This document shows, piece by piece, positions 10,491-19,298 of a DNA stretch of 64,000 bases (the stretch's first letter is position 1; every line of letters starts with the position of its first letter). The DNA is from Terriglobia bacterium. Its GTDB lineage: Bacteria; Acidobacteriota; Terriglobia; 20CM-2-55-15. The DNA is taken from contig CAXWPJ010000002.1 of NCBI GenBank assembly GCA_963664115.2, forward strand, positions 320,001 to 384,000, in the 5' to 3' direction. Made by a program: the position numbers and the translations under genes. Below the pieces are notes generated by a model. It did no database searches, was not told where the DNA came from, and saw nothing but the letters and a program-made list of their open reading frames with translations.

Positions 10491-12179
10491 ATGGAACTCG
10501 AAGAGAAATCTAATGAAGTGCAGAATCTCATCGCTAGGGGGAAGGAAAAGGGCTACTTGCTCTACGAGGACGTGAGCGATCTCCTGCCGCCCCAGATGAC
10601 GGCTTCGGCCGAGGCTCTCGAGGACCTGTTTTCTGCTTTCGACGCGGCCGGAATCGAGGTGATTGAGACCGAGGATCAGTCCTTTGCGACCGAGAAGCTG
10701 ACCCCATCGAAGAGACCCACTGCGGCGACGCGCACGAATGAAGTGACGTCGGACCTCACTCCGGGCGCTCGGGACAGGACGAATGACCCGATCCGCATGT
10801 ACCTGCGTGAGATGGGCACGGTTCCCCTCTTGACGCGTGCTGGCGAAGTACAGATTGCCAAGAGGATCGAACGGGGGCAGTTGCGGGTGCAGCAGTCGCT
10901 CTCTCGCTCCCCGCTGGTAATCCAGAAGATTCTGGCTGCAGGCGAGGCGTTGAAGAAGGATCCCAGCGTCATCAAAAACCTCGCGCAATTCACCCAAGAT
11001 GATCTGACTGAGGAGAGGATCGAAGAGATCCACGGCAACGTGGTTGAGACCATTGCTCAGATCAAGAGACTCAACCGCCGAGTGGGCACGCTCCAGACGA
11101 AACTGGTATCGATTCCGAGGTCTCGAAAGGCGAGGGAGCATCATAAGGCACGCTGGAAATTGGGTCGGAAACGAGTCGAACTCTCCAGGCTTGTCCGATC
11201 TTTGGATTATTCGGCAACGGAAAAGATGGCCTTGATTCTGCTCGTGCGCGAAGCTATCAGCATCATTCGACCGTTGGAGAAACAATTGGCCCATCTGGAG
11301 CGCAGTAAGGGCCACACGAGGAAGGAATACAGGAAGAACGTCCAGAAAGAAATCCGTGCGGTCAAGCGGAAGATCAAGGCTTTCGAACAAGAGCACGATA
11401 CGACCGCCCTGGAACTACGTCGCACGCTGCAGTCGATCGTGCGCGGCCAGAACCAGGCCGAAAACGCAAAGCGGGAACTCGTAGAAGCAAACTTGCGTTT
11501 GGTCGTTTCGATCGCTAAGAAGTACTCGAATCGAGGCTTGCAGTTGCTCGACATGATCCAGGAAGGCAACGTCGGCCTGATGAGGGCTACCGATAAGTTT
11601 GAGTACCGAAGAGGGTATAAGTTTTCGACCTACGCGACCTGGTGGATCCGGCAGGGGATTACGCGGGCGATCTCCGATCAGGCAAGAACAATCCGTGTTC
11701 CGGTCCACATGATGGAGATGATTAACAAAATGATACGGACTTCCCGGATGCTGGTTCACGAATTGGGGCATGAGCCGACCAACGACGAAATTGCAGAGAA
11801 GATGGGGATCCCCGTAGGGAAGGTCCGGAAAATCATGAAGGTCGCTCAGCAACCGATCTCACTGGAAACGCCGATCGGAGAAGAGGACGATTCCCATTTG
11901 GGGGATTTTATCGAGGACCCAGGCGCGGTCTCCCCTTCCGATGCGGTGGTCAAGCTGAACCTCAATGAGATGACCGAGCAGGTCCTGAACACGCTGACGC
12001 CTCGTGAGGAGCGCATCATCAAGATGAGATTTGGCTTGGAGGACGGCAGCGAACACACCTTAGAAGAAGTTGGACAGATCTTTGGCGTGACCCGAGAGAG
12101 GATCCGTCAGATTGAAGCGAAGGCTCTCAAAAGGCTGCGCCACCCGACGAAGAGTTCGCGCCTCAGGGGCCTTTTGTGA
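10491..12179 (+). CDS. rpoD: RNA polymerase sigma-70 factor, RpoD-like (probable accessory paralog)
   Basis: Region 1.1, [37 protein letters not shown] and TLEEVG...[13 protein letters not shown]. Confidence 0.92.
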   Translation: MELEEKSNEVQNLIARGKEKGYLLYEDVSDLLPPQMTASAEALEDLFSAFDAAGIEVIETEDQSFATEKLTPSKRPTAATRTNEVTSDLTPGARDRTNDPIRMYLREMGTVPLLTRAGEVQIAKRIERGQLRVQQSLSRSPLVIQKILAAGEALKKDPSVIKNLAQFTQDDLTEERIEEIHGNVVETIAQIKRLNRRVGTLQTKLVSIPRSRKAREHHKARWKLGRKRVELSRLVRSLDYSATEKMALILLVREAISIIRPLEKQLAHLERSKGHTRKEYRKNVQKEIRAVKRKIKAFEQEHDTTALELRRTLQSIVRGQNQAENAKRELVEANLRLVVSIAKKYSNRGLQLLDMIQEGNVGLMRATDKFEYRRGYKFSTYATWWIRQGITRAISDQARTIRVPVHMMEMINKMIRTSRMLVHELGHEPTNDEIAEKMGIPVGKVRKIMKVAQQPISLETPIGEEDDSHLGDFIEDPGAVSPSDAVVKLNLNEMTEQVLNTLTPREERIIKMRFGLEDGSEHTLEEVGQIFGVTRERIRQIEAKALKRLRHPTKSSRLRGLL

Positions 12180-12207
12180 CGGCACGGGGCTCGACTGATT
12201 TATCTTA

Positions 12208-12237
12208 AAATTGAAGGAACGGGTGCCGGTGCCCTGA
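12208..12237 (+). repeat. Kinase 3'-tail copy (KLKERVPVP*)
   Basis: aaattgaaggaacgggtgccggtgccctga. Confidence 0.9.
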
Positions 12238-12246
12238 TTTCCAAGT

Positions 12247-12285
12247 TCAAGTCCTGTTGAGATCACACCCGTTGTCGGACGTTGA
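12247..12285 (+). repeat. Hairpin repeat R variant
   Basis: tcaagtcctg...ttgtcggacgttga. Confidence 0.75.
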
Positions 12286-12323
12286 CCTTCGCGGAAAAGT
12301 GTCTAGGACCTGGAGTAACGCCG

Positions 12324-12397
12324 GATTAGTAACGATAAGTCGCCTAGCGTTTAGGAATCGGGGGCATTAACGACCCAGAAGTCGGCTTAGGGGAAGT
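12324..12397 (+). repeat. Non-coding repeat S
   Basis: Aligns with 2725-2800. Confidence 0.75.
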
Positions 12398-12418
12398 TGG
12401 CGGAGACAGAGATGACGG

Positions 12419-12454
12419 CTCAAGTCCTGAGAAATCATCTTCTCGGACATTGAG
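12419..12454 (+). repeat. Hairpin repeat R
   Basis: ctcaagtcctgagaaatcatcttctcggacattgag; one mismatch to 6841-6876. Confidence 0.9.
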
Positions 12455-12493
12455 AGTCGAAGCTACAACTTTCCGATAGGCCGACTGGAGTCT

Positions 12494-12970
12494 ATGTATG
12501 CCGTCGAACCGGCATCAACACACGAAAGGATAGGGATGGTTCCCTCGGAGAAAGAAATAACTGCACAAGAGTTCGAAAAGCGACTGGCGGCGCTCTGTCG
12601 CGGCACGAATTCCGGTCTGCCTAGAAAACATCGGGATCGTCACATCATATTCAGAAGTATCGTTCAGACACTCGACGCAAAGGTCATGTATTCCGAGCAA
12701 TCGCTCAACGAGGGCTTGAAGGCATGGGTGTCTGAAGTCGGCATGGGAATTGCGGTCGATCACGTAACACTTAGGCGCTATTTGGTCGATGCAGGGTATC
12801 TATGTCGTGATCGCCAAGGGACTAACTATCGGGTACAAATTGGTGGGGCTGGAGAGGTGAGATTCGAACCCTCGGTAGGCAGCGTAGATTCAGCCGCTGT
12901 CATTCATTCGGCGCGTGAGCAGGCAGCCATTCGGAAGCGCGATCGATCCGTACAATCTCCGCAGAACTGA
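12494..12970 (+). CDS. DUF2087-like winged-helix protein
   Basis: LPRK, YSEQSLN and DHVTLRRYLVDAGYLCRD..G..Y motifs. Confidence 0.75.
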   Translation: MYAVEPASTHERIGMVPSEKEITAQEFEKRLAALCRGTNSGLPRKHRDRHIIFRSIVQTLDAKVMYSEQSLNEGLKAWVSEVGMGIAVDHVTLRRYLVDAGYLCRDRQGTNYRVQIGGAGEVRFEPSVGSVDSAAVIHSAREQAAIRKRDRSVQSPQN

Positions 12971-12993
12971 AGGAACGGGTCCCGACCCCCTGA
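12964..12993 (+). repeat. Kinase 3'-tail copy (ELKERVPTP*)
   Basis: gaactgaaggaacgggtcccgaccccctga, followed by ttcttgagttcaggtcct (start of a truncated R). Confidence 0.85.
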
Positions 12994-13051
12994 TTCTTGA
13001 GTTCAGGTCCTTCCAGCATTTGACACCTGGGTGTGTTGACCTGTCGCATGG

Positions 13052-13456
13052 CTATCGCTGTCGAGCTCGGGGATTGGGACCCGCGAAGAGCCTGCGGCCG
13101 TCATCAAATGTCACCGTGGAAATATTCGCTGTCGGGCTGCCGTTGCGGGCCTGCCAGCCCTCGATCTTGAGAATGGTGCCCGTCGGTAAATCTTCCTTAC
13201 GCCAGCCACTCCGAATCAGGCCATTGGCCCCGCGAGTCTCAAGCGCCCAGTTCACTACATTACCGGTCTCATCTTCCACTTCGATGTAGATCCAGGCGTG
13301 CGGGTTCGACCATTTCATCTCGATGACTCGACCCGTCAATTCAACGGGTCTGTCGATATCGAATTCGGCCGAAAACGAGTGGTGCGCGATGGCGGTTCCA
13401 GCCAATATCGTGACGCTTAAGCTGGTGGCGAGCACTGAGATGAGTATGCGATTCAT
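13052..13456 (-). CDS. DUF6152-like exported protein
   Basis: AHHSFSAEFD and WSNPHAWI motifs. Confidence 0.85.
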   Translation of the reverse strand: MNRILISVLATSLSVTILAGTAIAHHSFSAEFDIDRPVELTGRVIEMKWSNPHAWIYIEVEDETGNVVNWALETRGANGLIRSGWRKEDLPTGTILKIEGWQARNGSPTANISTVTFDDGRRLFAGPNPRARQR

Positions 13457-13460
13457 GATC

Positions 13461-15008
13461 CTACTCCTCCGGGTTCAGACTTGATCGGTATTCGTCGCGG
13501 ACGTCCTTCAAAATTTGAAGATCGCCGTTGTCCTCTAAACAGGCGACTTCGAGCAACTCGTCCTCGGCCCGATTGAAAGGCATCTCGATGGTCCACGGCC
13601 GCGTGTATGGAATCGGGTCCGCAACCGTCGCACGGTAAACGATCTGTGTCGGGCTGACTGGCGTAAATGTCTCGACGACGGTCTGCATGTGGCTGACGAC
13701 ATCACCGGCCTCGTTGAGCCAGGCCTTGCCATTGAAATTCTTAGACTCGACAACGAGCGTATCGCCTTCCCAACGGCCAATCGAATCCCCCATCCAAAGC
13801 CGCAGTTGATCCGGCAGTGGGGGGCGCCCATCGAGCGAAATTTGCCGCCAGGACATGCGCTCGTGCAGCACCACAACGTACCCGGGAGGTTGCAAAATAT
13901 AAAACGGTGCCGGCACATAGTGCGAACGCGGCACACCTCCCACAAAACAGTGCGCTGTCGGGTCGTCGTAACCGCGATGCGGGCGCAGGCGGTCGTTCAG
14001 CTCGGAACGCGCCCAGGTTTGATATGGCAACCGACCCTCCGGTGGATCGATGACTTGACCGCGACTTGCAGGCAGCAAGAAGTCTCGCTCGTGTTCCTCG
14101 AGCCCGTAGTTCGCGCCGCCTGCGTCTGCCATGAAGTAGCCGGATATGTCGGGCGTACCGTCCCTAAGGCGCGGAATATCCTCCGACGCTTCAGGCAACG
14201 GCAGCTCGACACCCGCATCGGCATCGAAAGGCTCGTTGTCGACTGGGACCGCTGCCGGGTACCAGTTCCTGACATCACGCTCGAAAGCGCCGTTCGCCTC
14301 CTCCTTCTCTGCCTGACATTGATATTCGAGAATGCGATCCATGCCGGCCTGACGATAGAAAGCCATTCGAATCGTCCAGGGACGTGTAAACACGTTGGGG
14401 TCTTCGATTGTTGCTTCATAGTCGATCGTGTCCCCATCCCTCATGTGGTAACGCTCGGTCACACGCAGCGCGCTGCTGTGAAAATTACCGGCCGCATCGA
14501 ACCAGGTTTGATCGTTGTGATCCGTTATTTCAACGACGAGCATGTCGCCTTCCCAGCGCCCGCGTGAATTGCCCATCCACGATTCGATGCCGCCATAAAG
14601 TGGCGGCTGACCATTCGTATAAATAAGCCGGTGGACCTGCTGCCACTCGAACGTGATCGCCACATGCTCGTCCGTCTGAAAGATGTGAAACGGCCAATCC
14701 ATGTACATGACGCGCGGGGTTCCCGGCAGGAAGCAGTTGTTGAGCGGATCGGCCGTCGAGCGGTTCTCAAAATTGACCTGCCGCTCGGAGGCGGCCCAAG
14801 GCTGGTAAGGAATCGTGCCACCCTCGACGATGCTGCGGCCAGCCGGCATCGCGTTCCGCGCGACATGATCCTCGAGGTTGTAGGATGCGCGATTGGCCAC
14901 CTGCCAAATGCCCTGCAGGTTGGGCCGGCCTTCGGGGGTGCGCGGCAAGGTCTGTGCGGATGCAGAGCCCACGACGAACGCAAGCGCGATCACGGAATAA
15001 AATCGCAT
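13461..15008 (-). CDS. Exported protein with two tandem 'SxGRWEGD' domains
   Basis: GNSRGRWEGDMLVV and GDSIGRWEGDTLVV, each domain with a Cys pair. Confidence 0.85.
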   Translation of the reverse strand: MRFYSVIALAFVVGSASAQTLPRTPEGRPNLQGIWQVANRASYNLEDHVARNAMPAGRSIVEGGTIPYQPWAASERQVNFENRSTADPLNNCFLPGTPRVMYMDWPFHIFQTDEHVAITFEWQQVHRLIYTNGQPPLYGGIESWMGNSRGRWEGDMLVVEITDHNDQTWFDAAGNFHSSALRVTERYHMRDGDTIDYEATIEDPNVFTRPWTIRMAFYRQAGMDRILEYQCQAEKEEANGAFERDVRNWYPAAVPVDNEPFDADAGVELPLPEASEDIPRLRDGTPDISGYFMADAGGANYGLEEHERDFLLPASRGQVIDPPEGRLPYQTWARSELNDRLRPHRGYDDPTAHCFVGGVPRSHYVPAPFYILQPPGYVVVLHERMSWRQISLDGRPPLPDQLRLWMGDSIGRWEGDTLVVESKNFNGKAWLNEAGDVVSHMQTVVETFTPVSPTQIVYRATVADPIPYTRPWTIEMPFNRAEDELLEVACLEDNGDLQILKDVRDEYRSSLNPEE

Positions 15009-15526
15009 GATGTTCTCCGATCGTTCAATCCTACTCTCGACCACGAACGCCGCTCGTCGTTCAAGGGTTTCCCTTCAGAAAACACAGCTACCTGAAGCGT
15101 TCACGATCGAGCGTGATGATTCCCGAAACAGCATAGACGAAAAAGGACCCTTATCTCAATTACCGACAGGTACTCGAAGAGAGGTCCGAGGTGCAGAGGG
15201 TGGGAAGTCGCACGGCGGGAATGTCGCAGGTGGGGTGTGATGTTGAGCCGCACGAGGCAGGACGGCGGAATCAAGATGGTCAATCGCGCCTGGGCCGAAT
15301 CACATGGCCACATGGTATGGATGTGACCGCATCGTGGATTGGAAAATAGCACCAACGGTCCGGCCGACGCGGGTCACGAACCGGCCCGAAGGTGCCGGGA
15401 AGGTTTGTTGACAGTGATCGATTCCTTATGAGAGATTAGGCTTGCCAAAATCCTACAGGGTGCGTACATACTGAGGTCGGAGCGCAGGGAGTCCTGCGAT
15501 TGGCTCTGGGAACGGAGAGGTCTTTA

Positions 15527-16432
15527 ATGCACAGCGGGTTGAAAGTCGTAACCGTAGCTGTGGTGACGATCACCGTCATCGCTATCGTCTCTCCGGCGGT
15601 CGCGACCGCAGGCCAGACGCCGTCGGATGAGTTGTTTCCGCCCTACACGACCCCACGTACGGCGGACGGCAGACCCGACCTCGGCGGGATCTGGCAATCA
15701 TTCACCACAGCGAACCGGAATATTCTGGCGCATTCGGCGGAGCCGGGAGCACATCCCGAACTCCTGGGCGCGTGGGGCGCGAGTCGAGGGGCACTCAGCA
15801 TCGTCGAGGGCAATGAGCTGCCCTACCAGCCGTGGGCAGCAGCCCAGCAGATAGAGAATTACGAAAACCGAACCCTCGTCCAGGTCACGAACGACCCCAG
15901 TCGCTTCGACACGGGCGACCCGGAAATTCAGTGTTACCGGGCCGGCGTGCCACGCGCCAACTACATGCCGTATCCGTTTCAGATCTTTCAGACGCCAGAG
16001 CAGATTCTAATCGTGTACGAGTACAAGGGTGCGTCCCGCACCATTAACATGGATTCTGAACAGGGCGCGCCCGGTGATACGTGGATGGGTTGGTCGAATG
16101 GGCATTGGGAGGGCGACACGCTGGTCGTCGACGTAACGGGATTCAACGGCCACACCTGGTTCGATCGGGCCGGGAATTTCCATAGCGACGCCCTGCACGT
16201 GGTCGAGCGCTGGACGCGGGTCAGTGCCTACCACATGCGATATGAAGCGACCATCGAGGATCCGAATGTCTTCACGCGACCCTGGAAGATGAGCTTCCTG
16301 CTCTATCGACAGGTGGAAGAGAATGCCCGACTGATCGAGTTCAATTGCATACCTTTCGTAGAAGAGCTCATGTACGGGCCGCTCGGTTTTTTGGGCAGGC
16401 AAGAAGCAGAAAATCAAGAACCGGACGATTAG
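15527..16432 (+). CDS. Exported 'WEGDTLVV'-family protein
   Basis: PRTADGRPDLGGIW, GWSNGHWEGDTLVV, EFNC. Confidence 0.85.
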   Translation: MHSGLKVVTVAVVTITVIAIVSPAVATAGQTPSDELFPPYTTPRTADGRPDLGGIWQSFTTANRNILAHSAEPGAHPELLGAWGASRGALSIVEGNELPYQPWAAAQQIENYENRTLVQVTNDPSRFDTGDPEIQCYRAGVPRANYMPYPFQIFQTPEQILIVYEYKGASRTINMDSEQGAPGDTWMGWSNGHWEGDTLVVDVTGFNGHTWFDRAGNFHSDALHVVERWTRVSAYHMRYEATIEDPNVFTRPWKMSFLLYRQVEENARLIEFNCIPFVEELMYGPLGFLGRQEAENQEPDD

Positions 16433-16444
16433 GAGGGGTATGAG

Positions 16445-17563
16445 ATGGGTACTGTAGCATGGGCGCCACGGCGTGTTTCGATGCTCTTGCTGGCGGTGAT
16501 GTTGTGGGCGTCGATCCCGGTCACGGGCCAAGCCCCGCCGTCCGCGCTCATCAACCAGCGGTCAGAAGAAACCGTCGAGGCAGCCCGAGAGGCTTCTCCG
16601 CGCACTCCGGAAGAAACATTTGCGTACTTCGAGGATGAGGTCGACGAGGCGCTCGCACAAGCAATCCGGCAGGTGTGGGATCCCACCCGGATTCGACCGA
16701 ACTCCCCACGTACCCCGTGGGGCGACCCGGACCTCGGGGGATACTGGTTGAACGCGGCCTATACGCCCTTGGAACGGCCCGACGAGCTCGCAGGAAAGCC
16801 GCTGTATACGATAGAAGAAGCGATCGAAGCGTTCCGGGGATACGTCACCCGGGATGCATCCGTCGATCCGGCAACGGTGCATTATGATTGGACGGAGTTC
16901 GGGATGGACATCTGGCAGAGCCCGGTTCGACCGAACCGCCGCACGGCGCTGATCGTGGATCCGCCGGACGGGAAGCTTCCCGCTCTGACGCCTGAGGGGC
17001 GGGAACGATTACAAACGCAGGCCAGGCTGGACACACTCGAATCCCGGAGCCTGTATGAGCGCTGCATCTCCGGGAACCAGGGCCCGCCAGGGATTCCTTT
17101 CACCCAGCAAACCGGTGAGGCTCAGATTATCCAGACGCCGGACCACGTGGTACTCACCATGCAGTCGAATAGTGATGTGCGCATCATCCCCCTGGATGGA
17201 CGCCCGCGCCCTCCAGACAGCATTCGAGCTTGGTTGGGCGATGCACGCGGCCGCTGGGAGGGTGATACGCTCGTCGTTGAGACGACGAACTTCCATGAGG
17301 AGCGCAAGTGGAGAGGAGCTGCGGACAACCTGCACCTCGAGGAACGCTTCACACGAATCGACGAGGTCACACTTCTTTACGAAGCCACGATCACCGATCC
17401 GACGACGTGGGAGGCGCCCTGGACAGTGGAGTTTCCCTGGCCGAAATTGGAACCGCCGGGGCTGTTTGAGTTCGCGTGCCACGAGCAGAATTATGGCATC
17501 ATTAACGTCATGCGAGGCGTACAGGCTCGGGCAGCCGAATACGAAGCCGCGTTGGAGAGGTAA
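16445..17563 (+). CDS. Exported 'WEGDTLVV'-family protein
   Basis: PRTPWGDPDLGG, GDARGRWEGDTLVV, EFACHEQNY. Confidence 0.85.
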   Translation: MGTVAWAPRRVSMLLLAVMLWASIPVTGQAPPSALINQRSEETVEAAREASPRTPEETFAYFEDEVDEALAQAIRQVWDPTRIRPNSPRTPWGDPDLGGYWLNAAYTPLERPDELAGKPLYTIEEAIEAFRGYVTRDASVDPATVHYDWTEFGMDIWQSPVRPNRRTALIVDPPDGKLPALTPEGRERLQTQARLDTLESRSLYERCISGNQGPPGIPFTQQTGEAQIIQTPDHVVLTMQSNSDVRIIPLDGRPRPPDSIRAWLGDARGRWEGDTLVVETTNFHEERKWRGAADNLHLEERFTRIDEVTLLYEATITDPTTWEAPWTVEFPWPKLEPPGLFEFACHEQNYGIINVMRGVQARAAEYEAALER

Positions 17564-17632
17564 TCCTCAAGGAGACCTATATATCTTCGAATGGCCCAGA
17601 GCCGAAGCAGGCTTAGGGCAACGGGAGCCGCC

Positions 17633-18061
17633 ATGCGGAATGCAATCACGATAGTTTGCACGGTTGTCGCGGGTGCTGCGTTACTGTTCTCAGCGCCAGT
17701 TTCTGCACATCATTCGTTTGCAGCAGCGTACGACGAGAGTAAGCCGGTAAACCTGCAGGGAGTAGTCACTCAGGTGGAATTGGTCAACCCGCACTCCTGG
17801 ATCTGGATGGATGTGACCCAAGAAGACGGTACCGTGACCAACTGGGGGCTGGAAGGGGGTCCACCGATTAACCTCTTCAGGAACGGTGTAACGAAAGACA
17901 CCCTGCCGGTAGGGTCCGAGATCACGGTCTTTGCGTATCAGGCCAAGAGCGGAGAAAGCAAAGGCGTCGCGGTGTTCTTCGAGTATCTGGATGGACGAAA
18001 GGTGTTCATGGGCGGTTCTGCCCCGGGCGCTGATGGTAATCCAAGCCCTCGTACTCGGTAG
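17633..18061 (+). CDS. DUF6152-like exported protein
   Basis: AHHSFAAAYD and NPHSWI motifs. Confidence 0.85.
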   Translation: MRNAITIVCTVVAGAALLFSAPVSAHHSFAAAYDESKPVNLQGVVTQVELVNPHSWIWMDVTQEDGTVTNWGLEGGPPINLFRNGVTKDTLPVGSEITVFAYQAKSGESKGVAVFFEYLDGRKVFMGGSAPGADGNPSPRTR

Positions 18062-18120
18062 AGTTTCGGCCGGACAAGACCCACCCGCCTTGGGTGGGTG
18101 AGTGCCCACGGTGCCTTGAG

Positions 18121-18624
18121 ATGTCACTCCTCAGCTTCTGCGAATGGCTGGCGGCCACGCCGCCAAGCATCGCACTCCACGAGTCCCACTACATGTTCCT
18201 GATCGTCTTGACCGTACACGTGCTGACCCTGTGCGTGTTTGTAGGGACGGCCGTAATGATCGACCTGCGTCTTCTCGGCCTCACAATGCTACACGTGCCA
18301 GCATCGGAGGTTGTCCGACGGCTTGTCCCTTGGGCCGGCGGAGGCTTTCTGGTGATGGTTATCTCAGGATTGCTACTGTTCTATGCGGCGCCAGTGGACA
18401 GGTACGAAAATCTCTTCTTTCGGGCCAAGATGGCGATGCTGGTGCTCGCCGGTGTCAATGCGTGGGTGTTCCACAAGAAAGTGTATCGCAGCATCGCAGA
18501 ATGGGATCTGGATCCGGTCCCCCCACCGGGGGCCCGGCTGGCCGGCGGTTTGGCTTTGGCGTTGTGGGCTGGCCTTATCCTGGCGGGGCGCATGATTCCC
18601 TACCAACTCTATTGGTTTGGCTAG
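18121..18624 (+). CDS. DUF6644-like four-TM membrane protein
   Basis: H...DLRLLG, SGLLLF, F..KM and AGR motifs. Confidence 0.8.
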   Translation: MSLLSFCEWLAATPPSIALHESHYMFLIVLTVHVLTLCVFVGTAVMIDLRLLGLTMLHVPASEVVRRLVPWAGGGFLVMVISGLLLFYAAPVDRYENLFFRAKMAMLVLAGVNAWVFHKKVYRSIAEWDLDPVPPPGARLAGGLALALWAGLILAGRMIPYQLYWFG

Positions 18625-18629
18625 TGTCA

Positions 18630-19100
18630 ATGTTGGAATTCTTCGAATGGCTCCAATACTCCTCCCTGCTGGTCGCGATGCGCGGCTCGCCGTGGCTCTT
18701 TCCAATCATTGCAAGCATGCATCTGCTGGGCTTGGCCCTCCTCGGCGGAGCCGTTCTGGTGGTTGACCTGCGCCTCCTGGGGCTGGGCTTGTCGCGCCAG
18801 CCTGTCGCCAGACTTGCGCGTGACGCCGAGCGATGGTTGCTCGCCAGTCTTGCCGTAATGTTGCCGACCGGGACCCTGCTGTTCATGTGTTTCGCAACGA
18901 AGTACTACTACCTGACAGCCTTCTGGGTAAAGGTAATCTCCCTCCTCGCAGTGCTCGCCTTTACTTTCTCCGTCCGCCGCCGAGTGATCATGGCCGATGA
19001 GCGGAACATGAGCGCTATCGGGAGCAAGTTGGTAGCCCTGGCCTCACTCTCGCTGTGGACAGCCGTGGCGTTGGCGGGACGATTGATCGGGTTTCCGTAA
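18630..19100 (+). CDS. DUF6644-like four-TM membrane protein
   Basis: HLLG...DLRLLG...FWVK...AGRLIGF; ATG 18630 lies within the longer ORF. Confidence 0.8.
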   Translation: MLEFFEWLQYSSLLVAMRGSPWLFPIIASMHLLGLALLGGAVLVVDLRLLGLGLSRQPVARLARDAERWLLASLAVMLPTGTLLFMCFATKYYYLTAFWVKVISLLAVLAFTFSVRRRVIMADERNMSAIGSKLVALASLSLWTAVALAGRLIGFP

Positions 19101-19298
19101 CAGGCTTTATTGAATTCATGTCCGCGCACTCTCGTGTGGACATCGGGGCCTCGGCCCGTCAGCCGCTTTGGGGGAAGTTGATAAACCCTGCGATTGCGGT
19201 ATCTGGCGTCGACCCTTTCAATAAACTGTGGGCGGATTGCCCTCGAGACCTGGCAAATCATCTTCTCCGAAGTTGAGAACAGCCCCAGCCTCCGCGCA

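Noticed and set aside
10338-11396. Long antisense ORF over rpoD, and many similar shadow ORFs
   Set aside because: Expected in GC-rich coding DNA; no recognisable motifs, and they overlap well-supported genes.
6781-12993. Kinase tails or R as CRISPR repeats or classical integron attC sites
   Set aside because: Spacing is 0.7-2.3 kb with whole genes between, no cas or intI gene is present, and no RYYYAAC/GTTRRRY boxes are evident.
189-13010. Diversity-generating retroelement (template/variable repeat) explanation for the tails
   Set aside because: No reverse transcriptase in the window, and differences among tails are mostly synonymous rather than adenine-specific.
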